A DNA stretch of 64,000 nucleotides from Eledone cirrhosa (lineage: Eukaryota). The stretch lies in NCBI GenBank assembly GCA_964016885.1, contig OZ024740.1:129890001-129954000 (forward strand), in the 5' to 3' direction. A model generated the notes under the pieces. That model was not told where the DNA came from and searched no databases. It saw only the letters and a list, made by a program, of their open reading frames with translations. A program made the translations under genes and the position numbers. Shown here one piece after another: positions 1 to 10,665 of this stretch. Each line of letters opens with the position of its first letter. Within the stretch, counting starts at the first letter, position 1.

Positions 1-328
1 AAGTCTCCAACTGCGTTGGGGGATTTTCTTTTAAAGGTTTGTATTGTTCTATTGAGATTTAGATGATGCTTATGTTTGTCGGGAGAGTTCTTGGTGTTGG
101 TGGGGTGTAGTAATTGTTTTCCGTGATGTCTGTGTGCTGCTTTATATATTTTATGAGTTCTTTTTTCGCTATGTTTATGGCTGTGTACTTTTTTTTGGGG
201 GGGATGGGTGATTTTGTTGCCGTTTTCTTCTTGTTGCTGTTTGGTGTGTGTCTTGTGTGGTGGTGTTGCTGCAAGTTTCCTTGCTGCCTTTACCCCTCTT
301 TGTATGCTTTCGCTTTTGGAGGGTGAAT

Positions 329-1786
329 CTAAGGGTTTTTTGTTTTTTGTTTTTTGTGGCAGACTGTTTGCCACGTAACTCCCGCCTCAAACTCCATGTC
401 GGATTCTGTGGCGTCTGGAAGGGGTATGTTCTCCACGGCTGTTGGTGGTGGTAGTGGAGCCCTCTTCGGCAATGTTGTTGCTGGTGTAGCTATTTTAAAT
501 GTAGCCATTGGTGTTGCCGCTACTGATGATGCTGCTTTAGTTATCCGTGGCCTTGGTACGGGTGCTACGGGCGTTGCCCTCCTACTCACCGTGGAAGGGG
601 CTTCTTCGTTTGCTGCCTGTCCTGCTCTTAGTAGCAGCCGACCAGGTATTGGAAGGAGAGGGGCCCTCTTCGGTTTCTTCTGCGGGCCAAAGGCCCTGAG
701 GTGACCTTTCGACCCACAGAAATAACATTTTGGCCGTCTTCCTTCTACACTTATTGGGAGTTGGAGTCCTACCTCGAAGTCTATGATATCGGGGATAGCC
801 TCGATACATTCCTGGTCAGTTTGTATAAGCATTTGCATGCCTATACCTGACCAGTTCTCTCTCCCTATTTTTTCTACTTGCAGCATGATCGCACTGTTCT
901 CAATTCCAGCAAGGACAGACGCGGCCAGCAAAGGTATGGGCACGTCGAGTGGGACCTGGGTCACTTTGACCCTCACAATTTTCTGCCCGCAGTAGGAGGG
1001 CACCAAGACTAACTCCTCACTCTTGAGGGTTTCCAAAGAGTGAGACTTTGCTTCCTGGTGGGTGGCGAAAAGTACGTGTACTGTGGCGTACTTTCTGCCT
1101 CGGGTGATGTGGGTTTTGCGTGCCCAGACGCACCCCAAGGCCTTTTGGATTTGAGCCTCCCTGGCTCTCTTCACTCGATGTGAGATTTTGCTTACGGTGC
1201 GGTAAGTCACCGTCCGTATCTGCTGGCCCTTGAAAAACGCGGGTGGAGGTTTCACGGAAACTCTATTTGCGCTTCTTGTCACCATGGCCCTTGCGACTGC
1301 CATCTCCTCCTCTGTGACTAACACTGTCTCGATATTTCGGGCGACACCTGCAAAATAAGTGGTCCCTTTTTCAGCAGCACCACTATTGCTGCCACTACTG
1401 GTCTTACTGGTGTTGCTGAAATCGCTATTACAGGAATCGATGTCATTGTTGTTCTTTTCGCTGGTACAGTTGTTGGTGTTGTTTTCGTTGATACTGTTGC
1501 TGCTGTTACTGTTATTGTGGCTGTTGTTATTATTGTTGTTTTTGTTGATACTGTTCCTACTATTATTGTTGTTGTGGCAGTTGTTATTGTCAATGTTATT
1601 GTCGTTCTCGACCTTACCGCTGTTATTTTTGTTATTGTCGTTCTCAACCTTACCGCTGTTATCTTTGTTATTGTCGTTCTCGACTTTACCGCTGTTATTT
1701 TTGGTGTTGTTGTTGGTGATGTTGTTGGTGTTATTGTTGGTGTTGTTTGTGTTAGAAATATTTGGTAATTGTAAATCTGTAACCAT
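329..1786 (-). CDS. ORF1 (gag-like nucleic-acid-binding protein) of a Tx1/L1-like non-LTR retrotransposon, with an Asn-rich N-terminus
   Basis: Open 485-aa ORF. Zinc-knuckle context 'ISVEGRRPKCYFCGSKGHLRAF' (last Cys replaced by Gly). Homologous to the ORF1 remnant at 40.2-40.9 kb ('ITRGRKYATV' vs 'IARGRKCCTI'), which is followed by an APE endonuclease. ORF2 would lie left of the window. Confidence 0.72.
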   Translation of the reverse strand: MVTDLQLPNISNTNNTNNNTNNITNNNTKNNSGKVENDNNKDNSGKVENDNNKNNSGKVENDNNIDNNNCHNNNNSRNSINKNNNNNNSHNNSNSSNSINENNTNNCTSEKNNNDIDSCNSDFSNTSKTSSGSNSGAAEKGTTYFAGVARNIETVLVTEEEMAVARAMVTRSANRVSVKPPPAFFKGQQIRTVTYRTVSKISHRVKRAREAQIQKALGCVWARKTHITRGRKYATVHVLFATHQEAKSHSLETLKSEELVLVPSYCGQKIVRVKVTQVPLDVPIPLLAASVLAGIENSAIMLQVEKIGRENWSGIGMQMLIQTDQECIEAIPDIIDFEVGLQLPISVEGRRPKCYFCGSKGHLRAFGPQKKPKRAPLLPIPGRLLLRAGQAANEEAPSTVSRRATPVAPVPRPRITKAASSVAATPMATFKIATPATTLPKRAPLPPPTAVENIPLPDATESDMEFEAGVTWQTVCHKKQKTKNP

Positions 1787-2219
1787 CTTTTTTTCCTTTG
1801 TAATATTTTAGTTTATATTTACCTCCGCTGGAATGCTGTCTTGTTGACATGCTGATAAACTCTCCCTGTCTCTGGGTTGTCTGACAGCGCTCTCTCTCTT
1901 TTTTGTGTTATACATGTTGACATTTTTCCAAAAAATATTTTTACACAAATACGAATACAACACCCCGTAAAGGGGTGCCGTATTATTTACTAGTGAATCC
2001 CTGTATTACGCAAAATATATTGTTATAAGGCTCAAATATTCAAATATTCAACTTTGTATTGTACATTGTATATTCAAAAAAGAAAAAATGGCTATAAATG
2101 GAAGAAGACCCCCCCTCCTCTGTCTACGCTATATAGAACAGCCAAACAACACCAGAAACTAGATACAACACCTACCCCATCACCTCTCTGTGTACACTAA
2201 ACACAACAGCCAGATAACG

Positions 2220-2460
2220 GCAATTTCACCACCACCACTCACTACTGTCATCATTACCACCACTATCCCATCACCGCCGCCACCACTCCTTCCTTGCTAC
2301 CACCGCTACAACACCATCACTACAGTAATACGATCACGTCACCACCACCACTGCCTCGGTATCGACATCACCACCACCACTGTCTCAGTATCGATACCGC
2401 CGCTACTGTCTCCCACATCTCCCCGCCGCCACCACTCCTTCAATGCTACCACCACTATTC
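2220..2460. repeat. Degenerate (CAC/CAT)n low-complexity tract
   Basis: Repeated accaccacc/catcac motifs; source of spurious Pro/Thr/His ORFs. Confidence 0.8.
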
Positions 2461-2696
2461 CCCTGTTAACTTGAGAGAGAAAGGGGAAGGTGGTGGTATC
2501 ACTAGACAAGGGGGAGGCTAGCAAAAGATATAAATGGATTGACTTAGTGACCTGGACAAGGCCAAACGACAATATCAACAAATATGGGACTGCTGGCTCA
2601 CCCCTTCCTCACCAACAATATAAAAAGCCCCGGCACCACCACCGACATAGCCAACAACAATAACAGCCAACTACAACAAAAAGTATATTATATTAT

Positions 2697-2753
2697 TGTA
2701 ATGCACAGGGGGATTGCTGGCCTTGTGCCTGGAGTGGAGACAATTATTAATAA
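2697..2753 (+). mobile_element. SINE 3' tail fragment
   Basis: 'ttgctggccttgtgcc...gagacaattatt' matches the 3' end of the SINE copies at 36.3 and 41.1 kb. Confidence 0.65.
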
Positions 2754-2834
2754 TTTCATTCTTAAGCCACGCAATGCTCACATTAAGGAACCACTCATGA
2801 TAATAACAATTTAAAAAAAAACAACAAAAAGAAA

Positions 2835-5800
2835 ACCCCGTGACCAAGAAATACCGGGATGGCGGCCGGCGGGGAATAGCCGTGTCTCTAGGGGAGAACG
2901 ACCCCTCTAGTCTTGGTTGACACTCGTTCTAGAAGTTGTAACACGAAATGAGTACCCCTTGGCGGATAAGGATAAAACGCGAAAAAATAAAGTAAATGTC
3001 TAATGATAAAATCTCATATCGGATCGGCCGTCACCCGGGTAAAAAAGGGCCGCGTCGCTCAGAGAGGAACCAGACTGGGGTCGAAAAATCAGCTAATGGT
3101 TCAAACCTTCCCATCACTTCGGAGCTGGAGACCTCCCATGACCGGAATACTCCTACTGTTGGCCCTCCATGCTCACCACCAAGAAATCCAAAGAAAAAGA
3201 GAGAAAAATGGTCAAGAGAAGATAATAAAGAAGTCCTTGAGGCTTTCTACACTGCCATGTACTACCCATCAAATACATCGAATACAGAACAGACATATAT
3301 CAACTGGAAAAAGAAACATCCCGAAAACAGAGGCTATATTGACAGTAACAGACTAGCCAATATACGAAGAAATATTGTAAGAAAAAAGTTACTAACTGAT
3401 ATAGAAATTGATCAGATCAGGCTATTAGCACAAAGTCAGCGAAGGGAAAATGAAACATGTGTCAGTGAAAACGAGGTAAACTGTAACACTTCGAATCCCA
3501 GGGTTGGGGCCGAATCACTGGCAACAGAACAAATTAAAGAAAGGATCGAACATGTGGAGGGAGTGCATGCTCAGGATGAAACTCCAAATGAAAATAATGA
3601 GATCATAAATGATAAGGAAATGAATGAGAATGAACTTGCCAACTTGAAGGATGAAATTATGATCGAATGGATGAAAATGAAAGAATCTGACATGCGGCAA
3701 CGAGACACCCTCCCTAAGATCCAGAACTCCAAACAGAACCAAAAGATAATACACAAGACTAACATAATTCTCAAAAACATTATCATCACAAACAAACTAA
3801 ACATTACTGATTTAAATCATCTCTATTATGCATCGGCTAAAGTTACCACTCACTTATGTGGAGTGAAGAAGAAAAAACAAAGGAATTCCCACAGAAATCT
3901 ACTTGGCAAGAGAACATCAATCGCCAAATAAACGTTCTCCGATCTGACATAGAAATGTTAACAAACTATAAATTAGGTGAACATGTTAAACAAACTAAAC
4001 TTAGAAAATTGAAAAAAAAGTACAGTATAAAATCAACATGTGACATAGACATGCTGATAGAAATAATCAAGCAAAAGTGTCGGCCAAAGCTGCTCGTATA
4101 AGGCGCTTTGAAAAACGATCTAGATTCTATAAGGACAATTAGATGTTCAAAAACAACCAAAGAAACTTCTACAGAAAAATTGGTAAGTCAACAATAACTG
4201 CTAAATCAATACCACCCAAGGAGGAAGTGCAAGAATTCTGGGAAAAGATCTGGGCCGAAAAAAAAGTTCATAGCACACATGCCCCATGGATAGACAGACA
4301 AATGAAAGATACACCTCACCTTGAGGAACAAACATGGGAAAATATAACAGTTGAACAGTTGCGCTTGGCTCTAAGAAAAACCAGCAAATGGAAATCCCCA
4401 GGAAAAGACAAAATACAAAACTTTTGGATAAATGCCTTCACAGAGTCTCGTGAGCTGTTAGCCCAACTTTACAATGAAATAGTTAAGGAGCCAGAAAAGA
4501 TACCTTCATGGCTAGTTAACGGCATTACATTCCTGCTGCCGAAGAATGATGAGACAAACAATCCCAAAAATTACAGACCGATAACTTGCTTGACCACAAT
4601 GTATAAAATTTTAACATCAGTCCTAACTGAATACACATATGACCACCTGATAACAAATGACCTATTTCCCATTGAGCAGAAAGGGTGTAAACGAGGCTCA
4701 TATGGCTGTAAGGATCAGCTTCTGGTTAACAAAATTATACTGGAAGATTGTCATAATAGACACAAAAATCTATCGATTGCTTGGATAGATTATAAAAAAA
4801 GCATTCGATAGTTTGCCACACAGTTGGATTGAAAAATGTTTAGAGATTTTCAAAATATCCCCCGTTGTCAGGTGGTTTTTATCATTCAGTATGAAGACAT
4901 GGAAAACGACACACCTTTTGAATAGTGACACAAAATCACTGGAAGCTGGAGAAGTTAATATTAATTGTGGAATTTTTCAGGGTGACTCTTTATCACCGCT
5001 TTTATTCTGCATCGCACTTATACCATTAAGTACAATGCTCAATGAAACAAAACATGGATATAAAGTCTATGACAAAACCATTAATCACCTGTTCTACATG
5101 GATGACCTGAAACTATTTGCAAAAAATGATGAACAATTTCAAGGGCTATTATCCACTGTGGAGCAGTTCAGTGATTACATTAAAATGGAGTTTGGACTAG
5201 ATAAATGCGCCAAAGCAACGTTCACCAGAGGAAAGCTGCTGAAGAGTTCAGACATTAATCTTGATCGGGGGAACGTGATAAGAGAACTTGATCAAGAAAA
5301 AACTTACAAATATCTAGGTGTTTGTGAACGAGACGGAATCAAGAAATCGACAATGAGGGAAAGGATAAGGAAGGAATGTTACCGCAGAGTAAGAGCAATG
5401 TTAAGAACGGAATTGAATGCAAGGAATAGGTTCGATGCCATAAACACGCTTGCCATACCAGTAGTAACCTACAGTTACAATGTCATCAACTGGTCAAAGA
5501 CAGAGATCTGTAGGCTCGATACAAAAATTCGAAAATTCTTAACCATGCACAGAATGCATCACCCTAGGGCAGATATAGATATAATATATCTCCCTAGGAG
5601 AGAAGGAGGACGTGGGTTAATCCAGTTAGACATTGCGTAGAAAACTGCGACAATTGGATTATCTACATATCTAAGGGAATCACATGATTGGATGATCAAA
5701 CTCGTTTTGAAACACGAAAGCATCAAAAGATCATATTCCATTACAAAAGATGCACACAGATACAGTAATGGACTACAAATTTCAGAAGTCCCATTTACTG

Positions 5801-6789
5801 CTGAAATGGAAAACACAGAAAAAGCAAAGCAGGTAAAAGTAACTGCAAAGAAAGAACTGCTACAGAAACTGGCTAAGAAATGGCAAGAAAAGCCTCTGTA
5901 TGGAAAATACCCAGAGCGAGCTAACAATCCTGATGTTGACAAAACTTTAACCCATCAGTGGTTGGCATCCTCTGGACTGAAATCGGAGACTGAAGGACTG
6001 ATTATATCAGCACAAGATCAGTGTCTGCCAACAAAAAATTACCAACCCAACATAATAAAAAATGGTTGCAGCCCATTATGCCGTCTATGCAAAAAACAAC
6101 CAGAGACCATTGACCATATAATTTCAATGTGCAGTCCTATAGCTCCAACCGAATACCTAAACTGGCATGACAGAGCTGCACAATACATACATTGGATAAT
6201 GTGTAAGCATTTTGACCTGCCCCATTAAAAAGAATTGATGGGAGCATCAACCACCTCCCATACTTGAAAAATATCACATCTCAATCCTGTGGAACTTTAG
6301 CATCCAAACAGACCGAAAAATAGATGCAAATAGACCTGATATAATATTGAAGGACTTTAAAAAGAGGGTATGCCTGCTAATTGATATGTCTGTTCCAATA
6401 GACAAGAATGTATCTATAAAAACATTTGAAAAATTGAGCAAGTATAAGGACCTGGAGATAGAAATTGGAAAAATGTGGAAATTGAGAACTAAAACAATAC
6501 CAGTGGTTGTAGGCGCTCTGGGAATGATACCTAAGGGGTCTATTGATTACTTATCGCAAATCCCAGGAAACCCGCGTATAGGAGAAATACAAATGATAGT
6601 ACTAATGGGAACTGCCCATATACTAAGGAAGATTCTGTCAATATAAGTACATCACAAGTCTAAACACTAAAGATGCATGTGTGAGTATGTATGTTCTTTC
6701 TTGAACATGGCGGACCTTGTTGTCTCTTGAGGTCACTGGTTGTAACTTGGTGATAACTCGTATGAACATAAAGCAATATAAATGCAACT

Positions 6790-6822
<33 letters not shown>
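2835..6822 (+). mobile_element. R4/Dong-like non-LTR retrotransposon (RT + CCHC + restriction-like endonuclease), near full length, (AAT)n tail
   Basis: Consecutive ORF pieces: 'WKSPGKD', 'KNYRPITCL', 'EQKGCKRGSYGCKDQL', 'WIDYKK', 'GIFQGDSLSPLLF', 'YMDDLKL', 'CRLCKKQPETIDHIISMC', 'NRPD', 'LIDMSVP', 'KLSKYKDL', 'PVVVGALG'. A short 3' UTR runs into (AAT)n. Confidence 0.93.
2996..6646 (+). pseudogene. Single long RT-RLE ORF of the Dong-like element, broken by several frameshifts and stops
   Basis: ORF track pieces 2996-3931, 3856-4101, 4143-4811, 4813-5640, 5692-6228 and 6347-6646 join into one protein. Some breaks are at A homopolymers (~3870, ~4800). Confidence 0.9.
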
Positions 6823-6824
<2 letters not shown>

Positions 6825-6882
6825 TGTTTCTACTTCAGGCACAAGGCCAGCAATCACCTAGTGCATTACTGGTACTTTATTT
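6822..6882 (-). mobile_element. SINE 3' fragment inside the (AAT)n tract
   Basis: Reverse complement of 'aaaataaagtaccagtaatgcact...ttgctggccttgtgcc...gtagaaacaatt'. Confidence 0.8.
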
Positions 6883-6905
6883 TAATAATAATAATACTGG
6901 TACTT

Positions 6906-6935
<30 letters not shown>

Positions 6936-6938
<3 letters not shown>

Positions 6939-7123
6939 TGTTTCTACTTTTGGCACAAGGCCAGCAATTACCCAGTGCATTACTGGTACTTTATTTTATC
7001 GACCCCGTAAGGATGAAAGGCAAAGTCAACCTCGGCGGGATTTGAACTCAGATCGTAAAGGGACGTAACTATGCTGGAAAGCATGGCGTCCGACCCTCTA
7101 CCGATACTGCCAATCCACCGCCC
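6936..7123 (-). mobile_element. tRNA-derived SINE, full length
   Basis: A-box-like TGGCAGTATCGG, B-box GAGTTCAAATCC, central 'gcctttcatccttacggggtcgataaaataaagtaccag' (resembles the Meta-SINE domain), (ATT)n tail; multiple copies in the window. Confidence 0.88.
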
Positions 7124-7142
7124 TATAATAATAATAATAATA

Positions 7143-7580
7143 ATATCACTTAATAGAACATGTCACGGTTATAGAATTGAGAACAAAAAACATAAGCCAC
7201 CTATTATATATGGATGATTTTAAGCTATATAGCAAAGGCAAGACGAACCGGAAGGTCTTTTGCGGACAGTAAAAAATGTTTAGCGATGACATCATGATGG
7301 ACTTTGCACTTGACAAGAGTGCAAAAGCCACTTTCAAGAAGGGGAAGCTTGTCAACTCAGACAGTTGAATTGGATGCTGAAAGAATCATAAAAGAACTTG
7401 AGCAGGAACAAACCTATAAATACTTAGGGATTAATTAGGGCTCTGGCATACATCATGCAAGTATGACAGAGAGGATAAGGAAAGAACGTTACAGGAAAAT
7501 ACGTGCAGTTCTGATATCAGAACTAAACGTTCGTAACAAGGTGCAAGCCATAAATTCCTTGGCAGTCTCAGTTGTCAATT
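7143..7580 (+). pseudogene. Second Dong/R4-like RT fragment
   Basis: 'SHLLYMDDFKLY', 'FALDKSAKATFKKGKL', 'EQTYKYLGI' and 'NKVQAINSLAV' parallel the element at 5040-5480. Confidence 0.85.
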
Positions 7581-7584
7581 ATAA

Positions 7585-7627
7585 ACGATGTACTAGTTTC
7601 AAGCTTATTAACTATCGTCAGCATCGT
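7585..7627 (-). ncRNA. Minimal type-I hammerhead ribozyme motif
   Basis: Reverse complement: ACGATG CTGACGA tagttaataagctt GAAAC TA GTA CATCGT. Confidence 0.7.
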
Positions 7628-7798
7628 ATACCTTCCTGCCAGATGGTTGAACGTCTGAAAATATATACTTTCCTTATGCATATTAACGGCTGTGTCAATG
7701 TTAAACAAAAAGGTGGCGTGTTTGCCTAAACACTGTACGGCGTAAACAAAAAGGAAAATATATACTTTCAGACGTTCAACCAGCTGGCAGGAAGGTAT

Positions 7799-7841
7799 AC
7801 GATGCCGACGATAGCTAATAAGCTTGAAACTAGTACATCGT
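7799..7841 (+). ncRNA. Hammerhead motif with mutated core (CCGACGA)
   Basis: Identical to 8254-8296 except core U4 to C. Confidence 0.6.
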
Positions 7842-8253
7842 TCCTGTGTCAGTGTTGAACAATAGGTGACGTGGTTGCCTAAACACTGTACGGCGTAACT
7901 CGGGCTGTTTATTTGTTTACAAGCAAACAAACCGAGCATTATAATAAATGTCCGGTAAACCGATACGTGCATATATATATATATATATGTGTGCATGTAA
8001 GTATATATATATACATACTACTGTACGTCTGTATACATATATGTATGTACGTATACATACATACATACTTACATTTAAGTAAATGCCGTAGTAAGAGTGA
8101 GAAATGAAATTTCGTTTCATTCTATTCCATATATCGTTTTCGGTGCCCCCCGGCCGACTGAACTCACTCAATATGCATATCAGGCTGCTCAGCCGTTAAT
8201 ATGATTAGGAATGTATATACTTTCAAACCTTCAATCATCTGGCATGAAGGTAT

Positions 8254-8296
8254 ACGATGCTGACGATAGCTAATAAGCTTGAAACTAGTACATCGT
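8254..8296 (+). ncRNA. Minimal type-I hammerhead ribozyme, intact core
   Basis: Stem I ACGATG/CATCGT; core CTGACGA; stem II AGCT-aata-AGCT; GAAAC; palindromic stem III ACTAGT; cleavage triplet GTA. Confidence 0.78.
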
Positions 8297-8492
8297 TCCT
8301 GTGTCAGTGTTGAACAATATGTGGTTGCCTAAACACTGTACGGCGTAATTCGGGATGATTGTTTGTTTACAAACAAACAAACCGAGCATTATAATAATTG
8401 TTCGGTAAACCGATACGTGCATATATATATATGTGTGCATGTATGTATATATATACATACTACTGTACGTCTGTATACATGTATGTAAGTAC

Positions 8493-8494
<2 letters not shown>

Positions 8495-8570
<76 letters not shown>
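8495..8570. repeat. (TA)n microsatellite
   Basis: Pure TA run. Similar runs at ~9870-9950, 20520-20640, 29645-29750, 48965-49185, 50055-50135, 51925-52168, 53640-53785, 54210-54285 and 63661-63710. Confidence 0.98.
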
Positions 8571-8576
<6 letters not shown>

Positions 8577-8790
8577 GTTAAAAGTGTACATCTACATATG
8601 TATACGGAAATATTAGTATGCATATAAATACACACATGTATACATATGTACATGTACTGAGTTTTTCACTGGACACTTTACTGTGAGTGTCCAGCTAGTC
8701 TGTATGTAAACAAACAGACAAACCGGGTTTTAGAGTCATACGGGTTTTCAAGGAAACACATTTCCTCTATTCTCCAGAGAGCCAGACAGG

Positions 8791-8835
8791 AATATTGGAC
8801 TAGTTTGGATGTTATAACATCTCATCAGCAATATT
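8791..8835 (-). ncRNA. Hammerhead motif (family B, CAAA instead of GAAA)
   Basis: Exact reverse complement of 9536-9580. Confidence 0.6.
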
Positions 8836-9535
8836 ACCCATCTTCCGGCTTCTCTAGAGAATCGTAAAAGCACATATCGTTATATGCTTTTTCTATGAAA
8901 ATTAGTAGTGGGCAGACTAATTTGCATAGAACGTGAGTCATTGTACGCACCGGTTCGGCGGAAACGATAAAAACAAATAACGAAACGTAATTAAATTTCG
9001 TTTCGCTTCTAACTCACTTTTGCATGACTGACGCTTAAACAATTAAGTTAAAAGTGTACATCTACATATGTATACGGAAATATTAGTATCCATATAACTA
9101 GTCCAATATTCCTGTCTGGCTCTCTGGAGAATAGAGGAAATGTGTTTCCTTGAAAACCCGTATGACTCTAAAACCCGGTTTGTCTGTTTGTTTACATACA
9201 GACTAGCTGGACACTCACAGTAAAGTGTCCAGAGAAAAACTCAGTACATGTACATATGTATACATGTGTGTATTTATATGCATACTAATATTTCCGTATA
9301 CATATGTAGATGTACACTTTTAACTTAATTGTTTAAGCGTCAGTCATACAAAAGTGAGTTAGAAGCGAAACGAAATTTAATTTCGTTTCGTTATTTGTTT
9401 TTATCGTTTCCGCCGAACCGGTGCGTACAATGACTCACGTTCTATGCAAATTAGTCTGCCCACTACTAATTTTCATAGAAAAAGCATATAACGATATGTG
9501 CTTTTACGATTCTCTAGAGAAGCCGGAAGATGGGT

Positions 9536-9580
9536 AATATTGCTGATGAGATGTTATAACATCCAAACTAGTCCAATATT
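9536..9580 (+). ncRNA. Hammerhead motif (family B, CAAA instead of GAAA)
   Basis: AATATTG CTGATGA GATGTtataACATC CAAAC TA GTC CAATATT. Confidence 0.62.
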
Positions 9581-9865
9581 CCTGTCTGGCTCTCTGGAGA
9601 ATAGAGGAAATGTGTTTCCTTGAAAACCCGTATGACTCTAAAACCCGGTTTGTCTGTTTGTTTACATACATACTAGCTGGACACTCACAGTAAAGTGTCC
9701 AATGAAAAACTCAGTACATGTACATATGTATACATGTGTGTATTTATATGCATACTAATATTCCGTATACATATGTAGATGTACACTTTTAACTCAATTG
9801 TTTAAGCGTCAGTCATACAAAAGTGAGTTAGAAGCGAAACGAAATTTAATTTCGTTTCGTTATTT

Positions 9866-9955
<90 letters not shown>

Positions 9956-10122
9956 TGTGCCAATTCACTAGTCTACAACAGCCCAACATCTCACCTATCA
10001 TATATGGCCTTTTTTTCATGTTGTTAATAATATCACTAATGTCATTACTATTTTACACATCTACCTACTCACCATTATAACTTCAACTACTATCACCACT
10101 ATTACTATTATCAATAACCATA

Positions 10123-10665
10123 TTTATTATTATTATTATTATTATCAGTTTTATTTTATTTTATTATTGTTTCTGAGATATATGACGAGTGTCTTCCTGA
10201 CACCTAGGGCAAATAAATCTACAATGTGCATTGGTAAGCCAGTTAATACAGCACATTGATTATAATTTAATCAAAAACAAAATTATACATATATACACAT
10301 ATGCATATGCATATGCAAATACAAGGAGGGGTATCAATGTTACAGGGATAGTGCTCTTCTCAATACGTGTGCAGTAGCAGTCAAAACAATTGTTTGCATA
10401 TCGTGCAGAGAGGGTAAAAGAGGAATGATTCGCAAATATTGTTCTGTTCCTTTCTTGATCATTCCCAGTCCTCCCACAATCACTGGTATTGTAATGGCCT
10501 TGAGGTGCCAAATTTACTCAATTTCAATAAGCATCTCTTTATATTTTCGTAACTTCTAAAATTCTTTTGCCGCGATATTGCGATCACATGGGATGCTCAT
10601 ATCTATCACTAAACAGACCCTGTTATGTTGATCTTTTACAATGATGTGATGTGTATTTTCTTTTA
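10123..10665 (-). mobile_element. 3' end of another Dong/R4-like element (RLE C-terminus, 3' UTR, (AAT)n tail)
   Basis: Minus-strand translation 'CLVIDMSIPCDRNIAAKEF*KLRKYKEMLIEIE*IWHLKAITIPVIVGGLGMIKKG...IVLTATAHVLRRALS' parallels 6370-6646. Confidence 0.85.

Larger units (their letters stand above)
7585..8495 (+). mobile_element. Non-coding hammerhead-containing repeat family A (inverted segment 7585-7692 plus ~455-bp tandem units)
   Basis: Unit repeats with period ~455 (7799 to 8254), preceded by an inverted copy; ends in (TA)n. The same family recurs at 33.1-33.9 kb. Confidence 0.8.
8571..9868. mobile_element. Non-coding hammerhead-containing repeat family B: ~1.1 units on - (8571-9095) back to back with ~1.6 units on + (9096-9868); unit ~470 bp
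   Basis: 'aattaagttaaaagtg' at 8571 and 9041; 'actagtccaatattcctg' at 9097 and 9567; the arms are near-identical reverse complements; (TA)n on both sides. Confidence 0.85.

Noticed and set aside
1359-1811. Leu-rich + strand ORF resembling a membrane protein
   Set aside because: Antisense shadow of the (AAC)n Asn-rich region of ORF1.
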